From Marsupella aquatica (Eukaryota > Plantae > Marchantiophyta), in the NCBI GenBank assembly GCA_973895155.1, contig OZ316894.1, positions 22,601,867 to 22,665,866 of the forward strand: a stretch of DNA of 64,000 bases, read 5' to 3'. Below, piece after piece: positions 10,123-22,320 of the stretch. Both the position numbers and the translations under genes were made by a program. Each line of letters starts with the position of its first letter. Position 1 is the first letter of the stretch. The notes under the pieces are model-generated. The model ran no database searches. It was given only the letters and a program-made list of their open reading frames with translations, and was not told where the DNA came from.

Positions 10123-11051
10123 CTTTCAATGCCACTCAAATTTTGAGAAAACACCCACTACAGATGGAAGCGGTCACCTTGGCTTTTCCCAAGGGGCATG
10201 CCTCTTGCACCTTGTGTCGAGGGATTCGAACAGGTATGTCCATTCAACTCTTGGGAATCCAAAGTGTCTGGAAACCCATTCAATGCCTTGGAGATATTCT
10301 CCTGACCCCTCTTCATATCCTTCTTTGGCTAGGTTTACCGCAGCACTTCCTATCTCATCCTCCTATTGGGCCCCATTTCACCTTGAAGCATTGTACTAGC
10401 CAATTCCGAAATAGAAATTACAGTATATCTCTCCTGAGTAATCCTACCATTTAATCTCAGCATCACCAAATGCAAATTCAAACCTTCCCACCATATTATG
10501 GACAGCCAATGAACTCCCCTTCTACCCCTCACACTTAACACCCATGTTTGCACATATTGATTATGCAAATTCCTAACTCGTAGGGAGCCTAATGATCTAA
10601 TGGGTGGGGGCATTCTTCAAGAATCCTCCACCCCTAAGGTTGGCTTACAGCCTAAGTATCTCAATAATTTTTAGCATTGGCTCTAACACTTATCCTAAAC
10701 AAATTGATCTCTTCAATAAAAAGGGTAAAACTCTTTCCAAACTTCGCCTATAATCCACTGATTATCTTAATCTCGATTCCTACACACAGAAATCTCTTTC
10801 TTCACATGGAAATCAAGCACCCTTGAGGCTATCCTTTTTGGCCTTAATTTCCTTCCTTCTCCTTCTCCTATTAAGGAGGGCTTCCTCCCTCATCATCTCT
10901 CGGAAAGCTTCCGGGGCATTTGCTAGGGTGAAGGGTCGAACCTCTAGCACCTGAATTGGCCATTGTCCTGAATCTTCCATTAACTCCTTCTGACCAATTC
11001 AACCTCCTCGGTTGGCATTCATTGCCTTGATATCAATCCATTCCATACTGT

Positions 11052-11069
11052 TCCCCGGCAGCGGCGCCA
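11052..11069 (-). other. Primer binding site, tRNA-Asp type
   Basis: Minus-strand TGGCGCCGCTGCCGGGGA, one mismatch from the typical Athila PBS TGGCGCCGTTGCCGGGGA. Confidence 0.88.
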
Positions 11070-11841
11070 AAAATCATATGTCGTATAGCCAGAAGAACAA
11101 AAAGGAACACTTTTTACATAAAGACTCGGAATTCGATCCCTTTAAGAACAGATTTGGAAAGAATTGAATGAATTTATCTCTCTGAGTAATCTAAAGCTCT
11201 CAGCACATAGATTTCTTGTTTCTCACTAAAAGATCAAATAAACAAAACACCAAAGTAAATAAACTTCTGTCTTATGAGTCAAGAGAGAGTCAATTATGGT
11301 CTGAAAACTCTGATTAGCTATTGCCACTCCTTCAAAAAGGACTATGGTCTTAGAATAGACATAAAACAAGTCTCATAACTCACTAATTTCTCTCCTGACT
11401 AAATAAAATTGCATGATAAGGAATTTCCAATTTGCTAAACAAGTACTGCTCTGGTTACAAATGTAATGATATGACTTAAGGTGCCGGCAACATGGTTTGA
11501 CATCAGCGATACGCAATTCCGTCAAACACTAAATCATATTCCATAAACAAAGTAACGGTACTGAATACTCTGAGAACCAAACTTTACTTCTCACATATCA
11601 AACAACAACTCTTGAATTAGCTAGCGAATCTTGACCCTTCAAGCAAGCCTAGCAGTGAATTCAATGTAAGTCACAGAAGTTTGTAACTAAATTCAAGTAT
11701 CAAGAAATTTCTTGAATTCATAAATTCAAACATAAGTTTTACTTCCATACAAGACTTCTCTTGTTAAAATGGAAGGAGGGAAACTAACAGAAGTCTGATT
11801 GGAATTGTCCCCCCCTCCTCTCGAATGGAAAAACCATGAGG

Positions 11842-11848
11842 TTTTATA
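11842..11848 (-). promoter_or_regulatory. Candidate LTR TATA box
   Basis: Minus-strand TATAAAA, downstream of the U3 hairpin array. Supported by position only. Confidence 0.35.
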
Positions 11849-11947
11849 AGTAAAGGTTCCCTTAACTGAAAAGGCATGACTCTTCAAACCTCAAATATCT
11901 AAAAGACAATCCTAAAAGAAATAAAGAAATGCATTGGAGACTTAGTG

Positions 11948-12677
11948 GACGCTTTGTAGAGCGTCAGTGCTTTCCGGTAAAACTAATAAACAGTGGTTTT
12001 AATCTAATTTTAACTTCTAAACTAAAAGTCGGAATGAGCTGAGACTTTTCTAGAGTACTCTACTACATATAATCTCTATGTTGGTAAAGTTTCAGACTTT
12101 TCTGAGACTTCTAACTGCCTCAAATAAATTGGCAAAAGTGGTGCAGTGTTATAAAAGTGCGGAAATCAGAAATATTTCTAAGTGTCGGGAAGATAGTGGA
12201 CACTTCAGAAAGCGTCGATTGGATTTTGGTGTTTTGGTCGCGGCGTCTGTCTTCCGGCCTTCAGGTGGGACGCTTCAGAAAGCGGCAGAGTCTGTCTTGG
12301 CGGACGCTTCAGAAAGCGTCGATTCTGCTTTGTCTTCGAACACGGCCGAACAGTCGAGGCGTCACTTCTCATGTGGACGCTTCAGAAAGCGTCTCATCGA
12401 ACTTGGGGTTAGCGGACGCTTCAGAAAGCGTCTTAAAGCGTCCGGTGTCTGGTTCGAATAGACGTTTCACGAAGCGTCTTCTGTTCCGTGGTATCGATGA
12501 AGGACGGCTCAAAAAGCGTCGTGGTTAAGGGGGTCGCATCTGGTTGGCAGCACACATGGACGCCTCAGCTGTCTTGAGGTTTATTGGCTTTGTAACTGGG
12601 GACGCTTCAGAAAGCGTCCTTAGTTAGACTGAAGTGAGTTAACCGCCAAATGGAAAGTAGACGCTTCAGAAAGCGTC
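11948..12677. repeat. Hairpin motif array in the 5' LTR U3
   Basis: Same copies as 168-646 (offset 12031) plus the variant GACGCTTTGTAGAGCGTC at 11948. Confidence 0.9.
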
Positions 12678-13912
12678 GTTTTTGCTCAAAAAGTTTGAAA
12701 CGATTCAGATTTTTCTCTTATGGTCGTGTTTCAGCAAAAGTCTCCTTTCCACACTTCACCCTTTGTTAACCTCAGGAATTGACCGTACACTAACTATCAA
12801 CTTCTTGATAAGTTTAATTCCTTAGGTCAGCACATCTTAATCATTCCTCCTCTTCTAACTTCATATCTATCTTAAACCTTTATCACTCTTTCTTGCTTGA
12901 TACTTTAGCTCCAATCTTAGTAAAATCTTATCACTCCTCTCTTAAAGACAATCTCAATCACTCCATTCCATATGTCAAAAGCTCCCAAATTGACTGGTGT
13001 ATTTTGTTGATTGGGATCTCTGAAGATGAAATCAATACTGATCTTGGACAACCACAATTCCAATTGTAGACTTTTGATAATCTCCAGCCCCATCTATCAA
13101 GGCTCTGGTTATTCTTCCTTTTCTCTCCTTAAAATATAGTTATGTCATTTGTAATTCTCTCAATGGGTTTTTATAGCGAGCACTCTGCCGAGCTCAGTAA
13201 CGAATTCAACTTAAGCTTCATTGCACAAGCTGAATTATCAGTCATATTTATGATGCATCTCCCCCTTTTGAACAGAAGGAACGGCTGTGAATCACCTTAT
13301 TGATAATAAAGTGACATGCCTACTCCCTAATGGCCAATAAGCTCTACCAACACGGTTGAATAGTCACTTCCTCTTGGACGAGTCCTCAGTGGTGTTGGCC
13401 ACTTTCCTTGATTCGACTTCTCTTTTGTGTATCAATTCTTTCCACTTTTTAGGTAGATTTTGAGCACCAAAAGGAATCACTTCCACTTTAGGTAAACATT
13501 CAATTTCTTCCGTTTCCTTGGTCATAATACACAAATCAATAGAGTATAGTGTTACCTTTGACAATCTTCCATTTTATTGCTTTTCAATGTATCCACATTC
13601 ACAAAATTGAGTCTTCTACTACACGACCTATGAAGATCGGGATGGCTATTCTTCTCTTGGGAGGTAGTAGTGTAAGAACAACTGTTGGATCTCCACCTAC
13701 CTACAGACTCCTCTTTACTCTGAAAAATAACAACATACCACAACTATCCTTCCTAAACCTTTAAATCTATTTCTCTTAACTGCTCTAACTGCCATTCCGC
13801 TGATTCCGCTGCCAAAATAGTTACTCGCCTCCGTTGGTATCTATGACCGTTGGTCTTATTCGTTTCCATCTTCATATCCATTTTCGTATTTGCTTCCTTT
13901 CATGTTTGTGCG

Positions 13913-14509
13913 TCAGAGGATATTGCACTTCTTTAAAAATTTGTCTCCTGAACTCTCTTCCAATTTTAATTCTGCAAGTGATGTCGTCAGCCTTGTTTCT
14001 TCGATCTCCGACTTAACCTCATTAGGTTTGTGTAGGTTTGTTACCATCTTCTTGAATTCAATTACTCTCCCAGCTTGTCTACCGCCATAATTTTCTGTTT
14101 TACTCCAAGTAACAATCCATTGTTGGCTCTTGATCTCTTCAAACAATCTAACACGTTGTTGTTCTGTCGCATATCTCTCACTGAATTCCTGACCATTGCA
14201 TCCCAACAATTGTTCTCCGGCTGTATCCCATACATTCATCACCTCATTATCAATCTGAATAAGAAAATTGAACATGAGTCATCCTTCCCCAATGGCTTTG
14301 CATACATGGCTTGTGCGATTGCGAGATTTACCGCTGACATTGCGTCTTCCCTGATTTTGCTGATCTCTCCGAGCCATCACTCCAAGCATACATTCTTTGC
14401 CATCAGTCAGCATTGAATTACAGCCTTCATACACCATTCTATTCATTCTTGCTCCCCAAATGGCAACAATCGTGACTCCATAAAATGTAAATACTCTGCT
14501 CACTTCCAT
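13913..14509 (-). pseudogene. RPA70 C-terminal OB-fold (Rep_fac-A_C)-like ORF with one premature stop
   Basis: Two same-frame ORFs joined across a TGA at 14279-14281. VTIVAI..MVYEGCNSMLTDGKECMLGV...LMFNFLIQID..MNVWDTAGEQLLGCNGQEF resembles the plant RPA70 DBD-C pattern (YxACP....CNKKV...RYLL..QIQD...AF.E.GEEIMGC.A..L), recalled from memory. Confidence 0.6.
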
Positions 14510-14590
14510 GGCAAAAGTCTGCTACTTACTACCTCTTTACCAAAAATTGTGGTGAAACCTAAAACTCTTCCTGTGAAATGACTACTTGCT

Positions 14591-17345
14591 TCAACTGATC
14601 GACCTCACTCTCCTATTTATACCTACTGCAACTTGTTTCTTTAGCTGCTCCGTTTGGTTGTCGGCTCGCCGCTGTAAGTTCTCCATCTTCCTCGTGCTTT
14701 CTTCCAACTCCTCTTGCGTTTCATCCAGGTTCTTTTGTGCTTCCTCCAGCTCCTTCTGGGCTTCCTCCAATTCCTTCTTAAGGGTAGCCCTCTCCTCCTG
14801 GGTTGCTCTTAGCTCCTTGTCGAGCTCCGTTACGACCTCAGACTCCATTTTGTTCATCTTGGTATAAGTCTGATCGAGCTGGTCGTCTTTCTCCCACAGG
14901 TCGGCCTTGAAGCTGGCCGTCAGGGATGTAAGCTCCTGTTGCAGTGCAAAAATCCCTTGATAGGATTTCCCTAACTCTGCCTCCTTCTGCGCAAGGGCTC
15001 CGTGGATATCCTCAAGTTCCCCTTTCAACGCCCTCTCCCTTCTCTGGGTCTTTGCCATGGCCCAATTGTTGGCTACTATGTGGGCCTCCTCTGCGTCCCT
15101 CAGCTCCTGCTTCCACTTCTCCCTTTCCTTGACCGCATCGGCCAACTCCCCTTGGGTCCGAGTCAGTTTATCCTTGATAATCTGGTTATCAAACTGCGCG
15201 GTATCCAATTGCCCCTTCATGATGTTTAGCTCATGCCGCTTAATCCGCAGCTCATCTTGGGCTTTCTTGGCCGCCCTTAGGTCTTCTACCTCGACTTCCC
15301 TTGCCCTAAGCCGACGGATGACCTCGTCTTTCGTTCTTCTCTCCAAAGCTACCGCTTCTTCTAATCGGTGTTTTTCCAACATCTCCCTCTGAAAAAAGGG
15401 TCCCTGTTCCAACTCCTCCCCAAAGATGCTGAGCGCAAGTTCCCCACACATCTCCCCGTACTCCATGGCTCTTTCTTCAGCATAAGTGGAGTGAGTAGAA
15501 GTCATCGGCATCAACCATCGCGGCCTTTGTTCCCAAGCCGCCTTCCTGATTTCTTCTATCGTGGCTGGAGGGCTGCTTCGTTTTTCTGCAAGCCGCCTGA
15601 TGTCCTCTAGCCATTCTCCCCCTGGTAAATCTTTCTCCCTAGCCAAGGCTGCCTTCTCTTCCTCCCTGAGTCGCTCCTAAAACTCTTGTGCTGTCTGTTT
15701 TATGCCGTCAAAGCTTGGGGGAGCGACATCTGGTGGGGGAGACTCGGGGCTGCTCTGCTGGGTGGGGTCCCCTCGAACTACTCTTGGAAGAGTGGGGATG
15801 AACCGGCCACAGGTCCTTACTCCTGGAACATGATGGTCCGACCCATAGCTGGAGTTATCATTGCCGTAGTCCTCCGCCGCCTCCTCCATAGCTTGGACTA
15901 CCGGCTCCCCCCACTGCTCCCCTGGTCTTGCCGTGGACACGGCTTCACAGCTCATGGGTCCTGGTTCCTCCTCCGACTTCCAGTCTATCTTCTCCCTCTA
16001 TTTACCACGAACAGGAGCTTCGGGTTGCTTTCCCTCGGCTTTGGGACTCGAGGCTCCTACATACATTCGGACTCCCGGCTCGTGTTCCGGCCTCCTTCTC
16101 TCCTTGACTCCGGTAAAGGGGTTTTCCCTTGGAAGTCGTCTTAGGCCAACTTCTGGTGCAGTGTTCTGTATCGGTGCCGTTGCCGTTGCCGTTCTCTTTT
16201 CCTTCTCCAGCAATTTCAGTAGATTCTGCATGCTTGGTTGCTGCATCGGCAAGTCTTCTGTCTTCGGCCTAAACACCTGCTCGATTGTAGGACTGTCGGG
16301 CTGGTTTGGTTTCTCTGTTGTTGGCCTCTGTTCTGGAACCTCCTCTGGTGCCCTTGCCTGTAGGGGAGGTACTGGGGCAAAGATCTGACTTCTGGCATAC
16401 CGCACAACAGCGGCATGTGATAGCCAAGCAGGGACACGCTTCCCATACCGATCACCTGCTGTTCCTCCTTCAAGATCTTCTTCAGTTGGGTGAGGAGGTA
16501 CCCGTTGTAGTCCCGGCTTGGGTCTGGCCTCTCCGCCAGGTAGACGTGTGCTTTGCCGATCTCTACCCTGGGCAAGTTGCAATGCATGGTTACCCGCAAG
16601 AAATCAATCATTTCTCCGATGTGCGGGTTGGTGCAGGTGTTTCAGAAGAAGCCATTCTTTGTTGATGGGCCTGGGAACGACCGGAACTCCTTGTCTGGCA
16701 AGGTCTTCCTGGTATCTACTTTGGTCTTATTGCCTATTGGCAAGCCAAACGCTTTGGCAATCACCCGGGGAGTGAGATAGAAATCCTTCCCATACACCCT
16801 TGTGGAATTGGTCTTAGGCTCGCACGATCCCACGATTCTAATAAGTCTGAATTTGGCACCTCCGGCTTCAGCCATGGTAATTTCATGAAGGCTTCCAAGC
16901 CGGATCCGGCCATGAAGCCCTGGTATTTCCGAGTCTGCATAGCCGTAAAGCATGCATCCTCTTCACGTGCAAAGTGTAGTTGCACTTCCTCAGGAAGGGT
17001 TGCCGCCCAACCTTTCTAGGTGTCATCGCTTGTTGGAACGGCATTAACGGGGTTGACCACTTCTTCTTCGGCTTCTGCCTGCCTCCGACTTCCCTTCTCT
17101 GCTGGCTTCTTTGGTGCCACCAACCTTGTTCTCTTTGCAGGGATGGCCTCTTTGGTGTTGGCCCCTTTCCTCTTCATAGCGGCTGCCGTGGATGTTTCTC
17201 CTAGCACGGTTGCCTTCGTCCACCCCTCCGTGCTACCCTTTAACTCCCAGTGGATGTCGTTGCAGCGGTTGATGGCTTCTCGGATGCGACAATTCTCTTC
17301 TCGCAAAACAGAAGATCGTCTAGCTCGTTGCCAATAGGTGTCCAC
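14591..17345 (-). pseudogene. Decayed retroelement-type accessory ORF (about 900 codons): plant-transposon-protein-like domain plus long coiled coil
   Basis: Fragments 17016-17345, 16761-16985, 16642-16953, 16216-16611, 15998-16582, 15677-15955 and 14591-15646 chain through in-frame stops and two frameshifts. Motifs GLEAFMKLPW, KNGFF..C and IDFLR. Heptad-rich C-terminus. Confidence 0.65.
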
Positions 17346-17911
17346 AGGAATTCAGCCTTGATGAGTTCTCCTCCTAAGAAGGCAGACTTCTGCAACTCCC
17401 ACAGTCAAGCAAGCTCTTGTCGTTCTCGAGCTGCTCTTTCCGATTCTTCATCTTGATTCGTAGGTCCCAATGTACTCAGTTGCCCGTTCGAACAGGCATC
17501 CCCAAAAATGAGCAGCTTGATTGACGTTGCTCATACCCTTCTTGAGTTGATAGTCGGTATCTGCTCCCACCCCGAGTGCTTGCCTAAGCAGCTGACAGTA
17601 GTTGGTCTCTCATAGTCGTCTGCTTCGTTCGTGCTTGCAAATGAGCCACCATTCCTTGCGATCGGTCCTTACCCCCCTCCTTGCCTGGTCTTCCTTCCCG
17701 TTGGTTACCCATAGCCGCCGATGCTTAGCGTGCCCTAACCCTAATCATGTTCCCTCCCCTGGCGTCCTTACTTCCGGCCTCGGCTCGGGTTCCATAGTCA
17801 CCCTTAATTGTTTATATTTTCCATGTTTTTGTTACTATACTAATGTGTTTCCAGGGTACACTCCTGATTTTATAATTTAAACTGGCCTAGTGATTCCTGG
17901 CTAGGCAAACA

Positions 17912-18861
17912 AAGTGCAAAACATACTTTGATTGTGCTGTGCATACCACACGTATAAGTGCAGGATCAGGCCTTTTCGCGAGAATGCACTTACAAACGGT
18001 ACATTAATTAGATATTGTACTAAGTATTGTTTACCAAACTGAAGCTCCCATGGACTACCATGCTTGACAAGATGCTCCAATGGACTATAGCAACTCGCAT
18101 GGACCACTCTGAAGCTTTACCTCATATTTGGGTAGCACCTTTCTTTTGCTAATGCTGTCTGTGATTGGCACATCCAAGTCCATCAACTTGGGGTTTCGAC
18201 CTCAGATAAAAACCTTTTTTTGAAGGTTTTGAGCTAAAATGTAACTGCAAAACTTGTGGTCATGAGAACTTCAAGGTAACACTGGCCCCGGCCACCAAGC
18301 AAAGTAAGACTCTTCAAGTTAATTCGCAATCCTAGTCTTGGAGTACTCCATAAAATATATTGGCACTATCTCAATGTACAACTACAAGTGAAATAAGGTT
18401 CAGCACACATTGAACCTGTTATGTCCCCTTAGAAGATATCCATGTCCTACTTGCACACATAGTTAGTAAACTATATATAGATGTTCCTCTTTGTGTTGTT
18501 TTTGCCTCTTCCTGTTTTGGGGTTTGCACTTGCCCTCTTCTTTTGAGGTTAGTGTTTGTTCTCCTTGACCTCCTTTTCCTTTTACTCAAGATCATTCTCC
18601 TGGACTCATTCTCTCGTATTCATCTATCTAATCAGAACACTTTAATATGCATATCTTCTCATTCTTTTGCACAGTCTTTTGAGTAAATGTCTCCCTGGCC
18701 TTCATTATCCCCTCCTAGTAGACCTCAAGTTTGAGAACGCCGGCATGGCATGCAACATTGCACCCTGTCAGGCTCTCCTTATTGTTAAACCACATCACCC
18801 CCTGAGTAGAAAATATCTCTCCTTCACAAAGTCCAGAGGACCACAGGAAATTGGTCATTTT
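17912..18861 (+). repeat. Copy A of an approximately 1-kb duplicated block (copy B at 32357-33456)
   Basis: Long collinear identity, e.g. AAGTGCAGGATCAGGCCTTTT, CCCATGGACTACCATGCTTGACAAG and GGAAATTGGTCATTTT. Confidence 0.9.
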
Positions 18862-19159
18862 CTGATTATTCTTTTCACTGTAATTTTCATACCTATCTAT
18901 GAATCTTTCTTTCTTCTATATCTTCTATAGATAACTTGTGAAATTGAAGCCCATTTGGACCTCCACATATATCCGCCAAAAGGCTCAGTATTTTTTTGCA
19001 ACCTAGTACAAAGAAACCCTTCCTTGTTCATGGTCTCCTTAGGAAATGTCCTTCTTACTCGCCTCCCTGGTTGTTTGATTATGGCCACATTTTGTTTCTA
19101 ACCATGAAATGGACCTTAGGCTGCCACTGTGCAGCCACTTATCTTCACACCCAACCTGT

Positions 19160-19333
19160 TTGCTAGTACCCCTAATGAGTGGTCACCCAAAATAATGGAT
19201 GTGTTTAAAAACTTTTAAATTTAGGACCATTTCAGTTGCACAGTGGGGTCAATATATATGTTCCCGAATAGACTGTTGTAACTGTTCCCAACATTTGGCC
19301 TTGTTGGTTTCGATCTCCTGGGGTCATTATAAT
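19160..19333 (+). repeat. Duplicated segment (second copy at about 34625-34798)
   Basis: Shared GCACAGTGGGGTCAATATATATG...GACTGTTGTAACTGTTCCCAACATTTGG...CTCCTGGGGTCATTATAATT. Confidence 0.85.
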
Positions 19334-22320
19334 TCCCCTAAATTCACACTCAGAGATGACAGAAAAATCTCTTATTTCCACTGCAGAAGCTTTGACAGCA
19401 GGAAGAAGATGGAAAAGACAAGAAGATTGGTGGAGATTGGTCTAAAAGCTGAAACAGACAGGTAGTCAACAAAGCAAGATTCTACAGAGAAGGAAATAGA
19501 CAATTGATCGAAGAGGCCAAAAGTCTCATGTAGGTCAAGGGGAGTTTTCCATTTTAGAGTATGGACATCGCACACGTACTGGACAAAGCATTAACATTGA
19601 AACTGTACCATGGAGCTGGAGAAAAACACAGAGTAATTGAAGCCTAACAATACCCTTTTGGCAACCTCCATAGCAAATGAGCAGGAAACCTGATTCACTG
19701 ATATGTTTGCAAGCTATGAAAGCATTATGACAGCAAGTCTACGAACTATAGAGAGGGCCTCAAACTCACCAATAATCCATGAGAAAAGGACCACTCAATC
19801 CAAACAATACCTCAATGGGCCTAACAATACCCTTACTGCGAGCTCCATGGCAAATCAGCAGCAAAACCTGACTAACAAAACTTGGATTGCTTTGGGAAAA
19901 TGAAGCAGAAGCAAAACAGGGGAGAGCGCAACAGAGATTGTTGACTATGAATTTGAAGAGGCGGTTGTTAGCGAAGCGAATCAGCCAAAATGAAAGTAGT
20001 GGCAGTCTCGACCTCACCTGGTGGGTGTTGCAATGCAGCACCAAATACCGAGTTGCGCGGGTAGCTCAAGGTCAAACGATGCAATGTAGTGGTCCTCGAT
20101 CTTTGTTTGCAAGTAGGAAACATGCATCACAGAGCACACAAAATCAGTCACAGGTCTTAGTCTCAGCTCCCGGCTCCAAACTCTCGGCTCCCAGTTTGCA
20201 AGAGCAAGCACTATGAAAATATGGATTCCCACACTATGCAAAAGCAAGGAACTCGTGTGGAAAGATTATGTTGATTCATCCGACTCCGCAGCTAATCCGA
20301 GTCTGCAACTTAAAAGCCTAGCCACTAATCAATCAATCAAATACCAATTGCCTACAGCAACAGCCCAACTTACATGAAATCCACAAGCACTTGAGGTGGA
20401 TTGCGATGCAACTAACATCAATCACGTTGGGACACCTGACCTCCGTATGACAATATAGGTTCCTTTCACCCTGTCTGGTTCAGCGGGATAGCAATAGCAA
20501 TGTAGACTTCACCACAAAAGAATATTGAGATTGGACACAACTTATGGTGTTAGTGTGATACCGGTTTTTCATAAACAACAGGTTCTAGAGAAGGCTAAAG
20601 GATCATACATTTTGTCATTTGGTATGATGGAGCCGCATCTTACCCTCTAAGGTGAATGAAGAAGATGGCCGCACACAGAACATATTGAACAGTTGGCAAG
20701 ATGCCGGAGCTGTATGGTGCAACTAGATGGACCCAACAAGCTAGAAATTTGGGAAACCATGGTAGAGAGCACATTATGCGCCTTTGAGAAGAAAAATGAT
20801 ACACAGTTCCTAAAGATGACTCATGAACTGGCAGAAGGGGCAACATGGCCAGAAGCGCAAAAGACAGACAGGTTTGAGATGCAGAAAACTAACCCCTGTC
20901 ATTGTTAGCAGCAAATTGTGACCACCTCCAACTGGCTGTAGCTCCGACCTCAAGGTCTCACTCACGTCAACACCTAAAATCTAAGTGATCACCCAATGCA
21001 TCCTCCCTGACCGCAACTCATCCCACAGCTTCTCCCCGCATTGAGCTCCTCCTTGACCAAGCTCTAGCAGTTGCTCTGCCCAGCCTCTGATGGCCTTCCG
21101 CAATCTTTGCATACAACACCTCCCTTCAAGCAGCTTGCCTTCTGCAGCAGTAACAATCACCTATGCTCAAGCAGCTTTGAATGAACACACAACAATGGGA
21201 GCAGGCGACGACAGGACTGTCAGCTCTCAAGCGCAACCTTCACACCTCACTAACATTGCAACACACAAAAAAGTGCCCGGTCGGTCTTGTAGCTCGATGA
21301 TCTCAAATGCCCTGGGCGCGCCGGTTCAGGTTGTTACCGCAGCATCCATGGCACACCAAATCCTTCGTCTCCAATTCCACAGCGCTGACCACAACAAAGG
21401 TGGAACACTAAACCTCACTGTATAGTAGTGCCCACGGAGACAACATGTAAACCACTGGCTGGATACGCAAAAAGTTGGAAATGTGGTGGGATTAGGGTGC
21501 GACAGAGTGTGGAGGTGCAAAGTGTATGCAGAGTTGACCCTCCAACGGTCGCTCCGACTCGTTCTCCTCCAACGGTCATGCAACAGAAGCCCCCTTGGAT
21601 TCCCTTACCAAAGTTAGCCAACGTTGCCGATGTGGTAACGATGCAGGAATAAAATCTTGCACATCCCTCCAAGGTCCACCCTCATGAACTCAAGTCTTCT
21701 GAGTGACATATTAGGGTAGTGTCGCTAACCCTAAAGCAATACTTTGGCAGTAAGGGTTATATGTGGGCTGAATTAAGAGCAAACTCAACTTCATGTAACC
21801 CAAACATCTTTTAGTCACAAATGAGGCCATTTAATGAGTTATGCCCCTCCTGAAGATAAGTGAACATTGTCCTCTTGAAGCCCTTATACTTATCTTTCCC
21901 AACATATATGATACAAATGAATTCGGGGTACCTACCAAAGTACAACAGTTCTTTTCATTTGGTCGCTTGCCTTGATGTTGTTCTAAAAGAACATAAATCT
22001 TGAAAGATTGACCCACACGACATGCTCTTGGGGGATGACAAGTTTCTTAGTGTTAAAGTGTGGCCTTGTTGGGTATTTATGAGACATTGGGGAATTTCTA
22101 CATTTTGGAGTGCAACAACCCTAAACCCCCACGGCCATATCAAAAGCCAACATTACGAGTGTTCACCCTTCACAAAATAGCAAGGTGACTTTTCATAGTC
22201 TTTTCATAAACTAGAAAACACTCTGAGTCTTTTCTAGTGTTCATTGAACCGGTGCAATGGTTTCTAGTCATTTAAAGTATGAAAAAAGTACTTAGTGGCC
22301 TTAGTCCTATAAGGCTTGGT

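Larger units (their letters stand above)
1..12753 (-). mobile_element. Ty3/Gypsy LTR retrotransposon, non-chromovirus Athila-like; 3' LTR cut off by the window start
   Basis: Direct repeats 1-722 = 12032-12753. Domain order gag-PR-RT-RH-INT on the minus strand. PBS TGGCGCCGCTGCCGGGGA (tRNA-Asp type). Two PPTs flank an extra ORF. No chromodomain and no additional Tat-type RNase H seen. Confidence 0.95.
11079..12753 (-). repeat. 5' LTR (about 1675 bp)
   Basis: TG...CA termini. The right end is fixed by identity with 1-722. The left end is inferred from the nearest TG before the PBS and is uncertain by a few bp. Flank CTTCA (12754-12758) is a candidate TSD; its partner lies outside the window. 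Confidence 0.88.

Noticed and set aside
14591-15646. Host myosin/SMC/tropomyosin gene
   Set aside because: Generic coiled coil, in frame with upstream decayed transposon-type fragments, with no motor or ATPase domain.
19370-21680. Missing 3' half of NCL or another gene
   Set aside because: No NCL motifs in the frames I read. Only short stop-ridden ORFs with no recognisable family.
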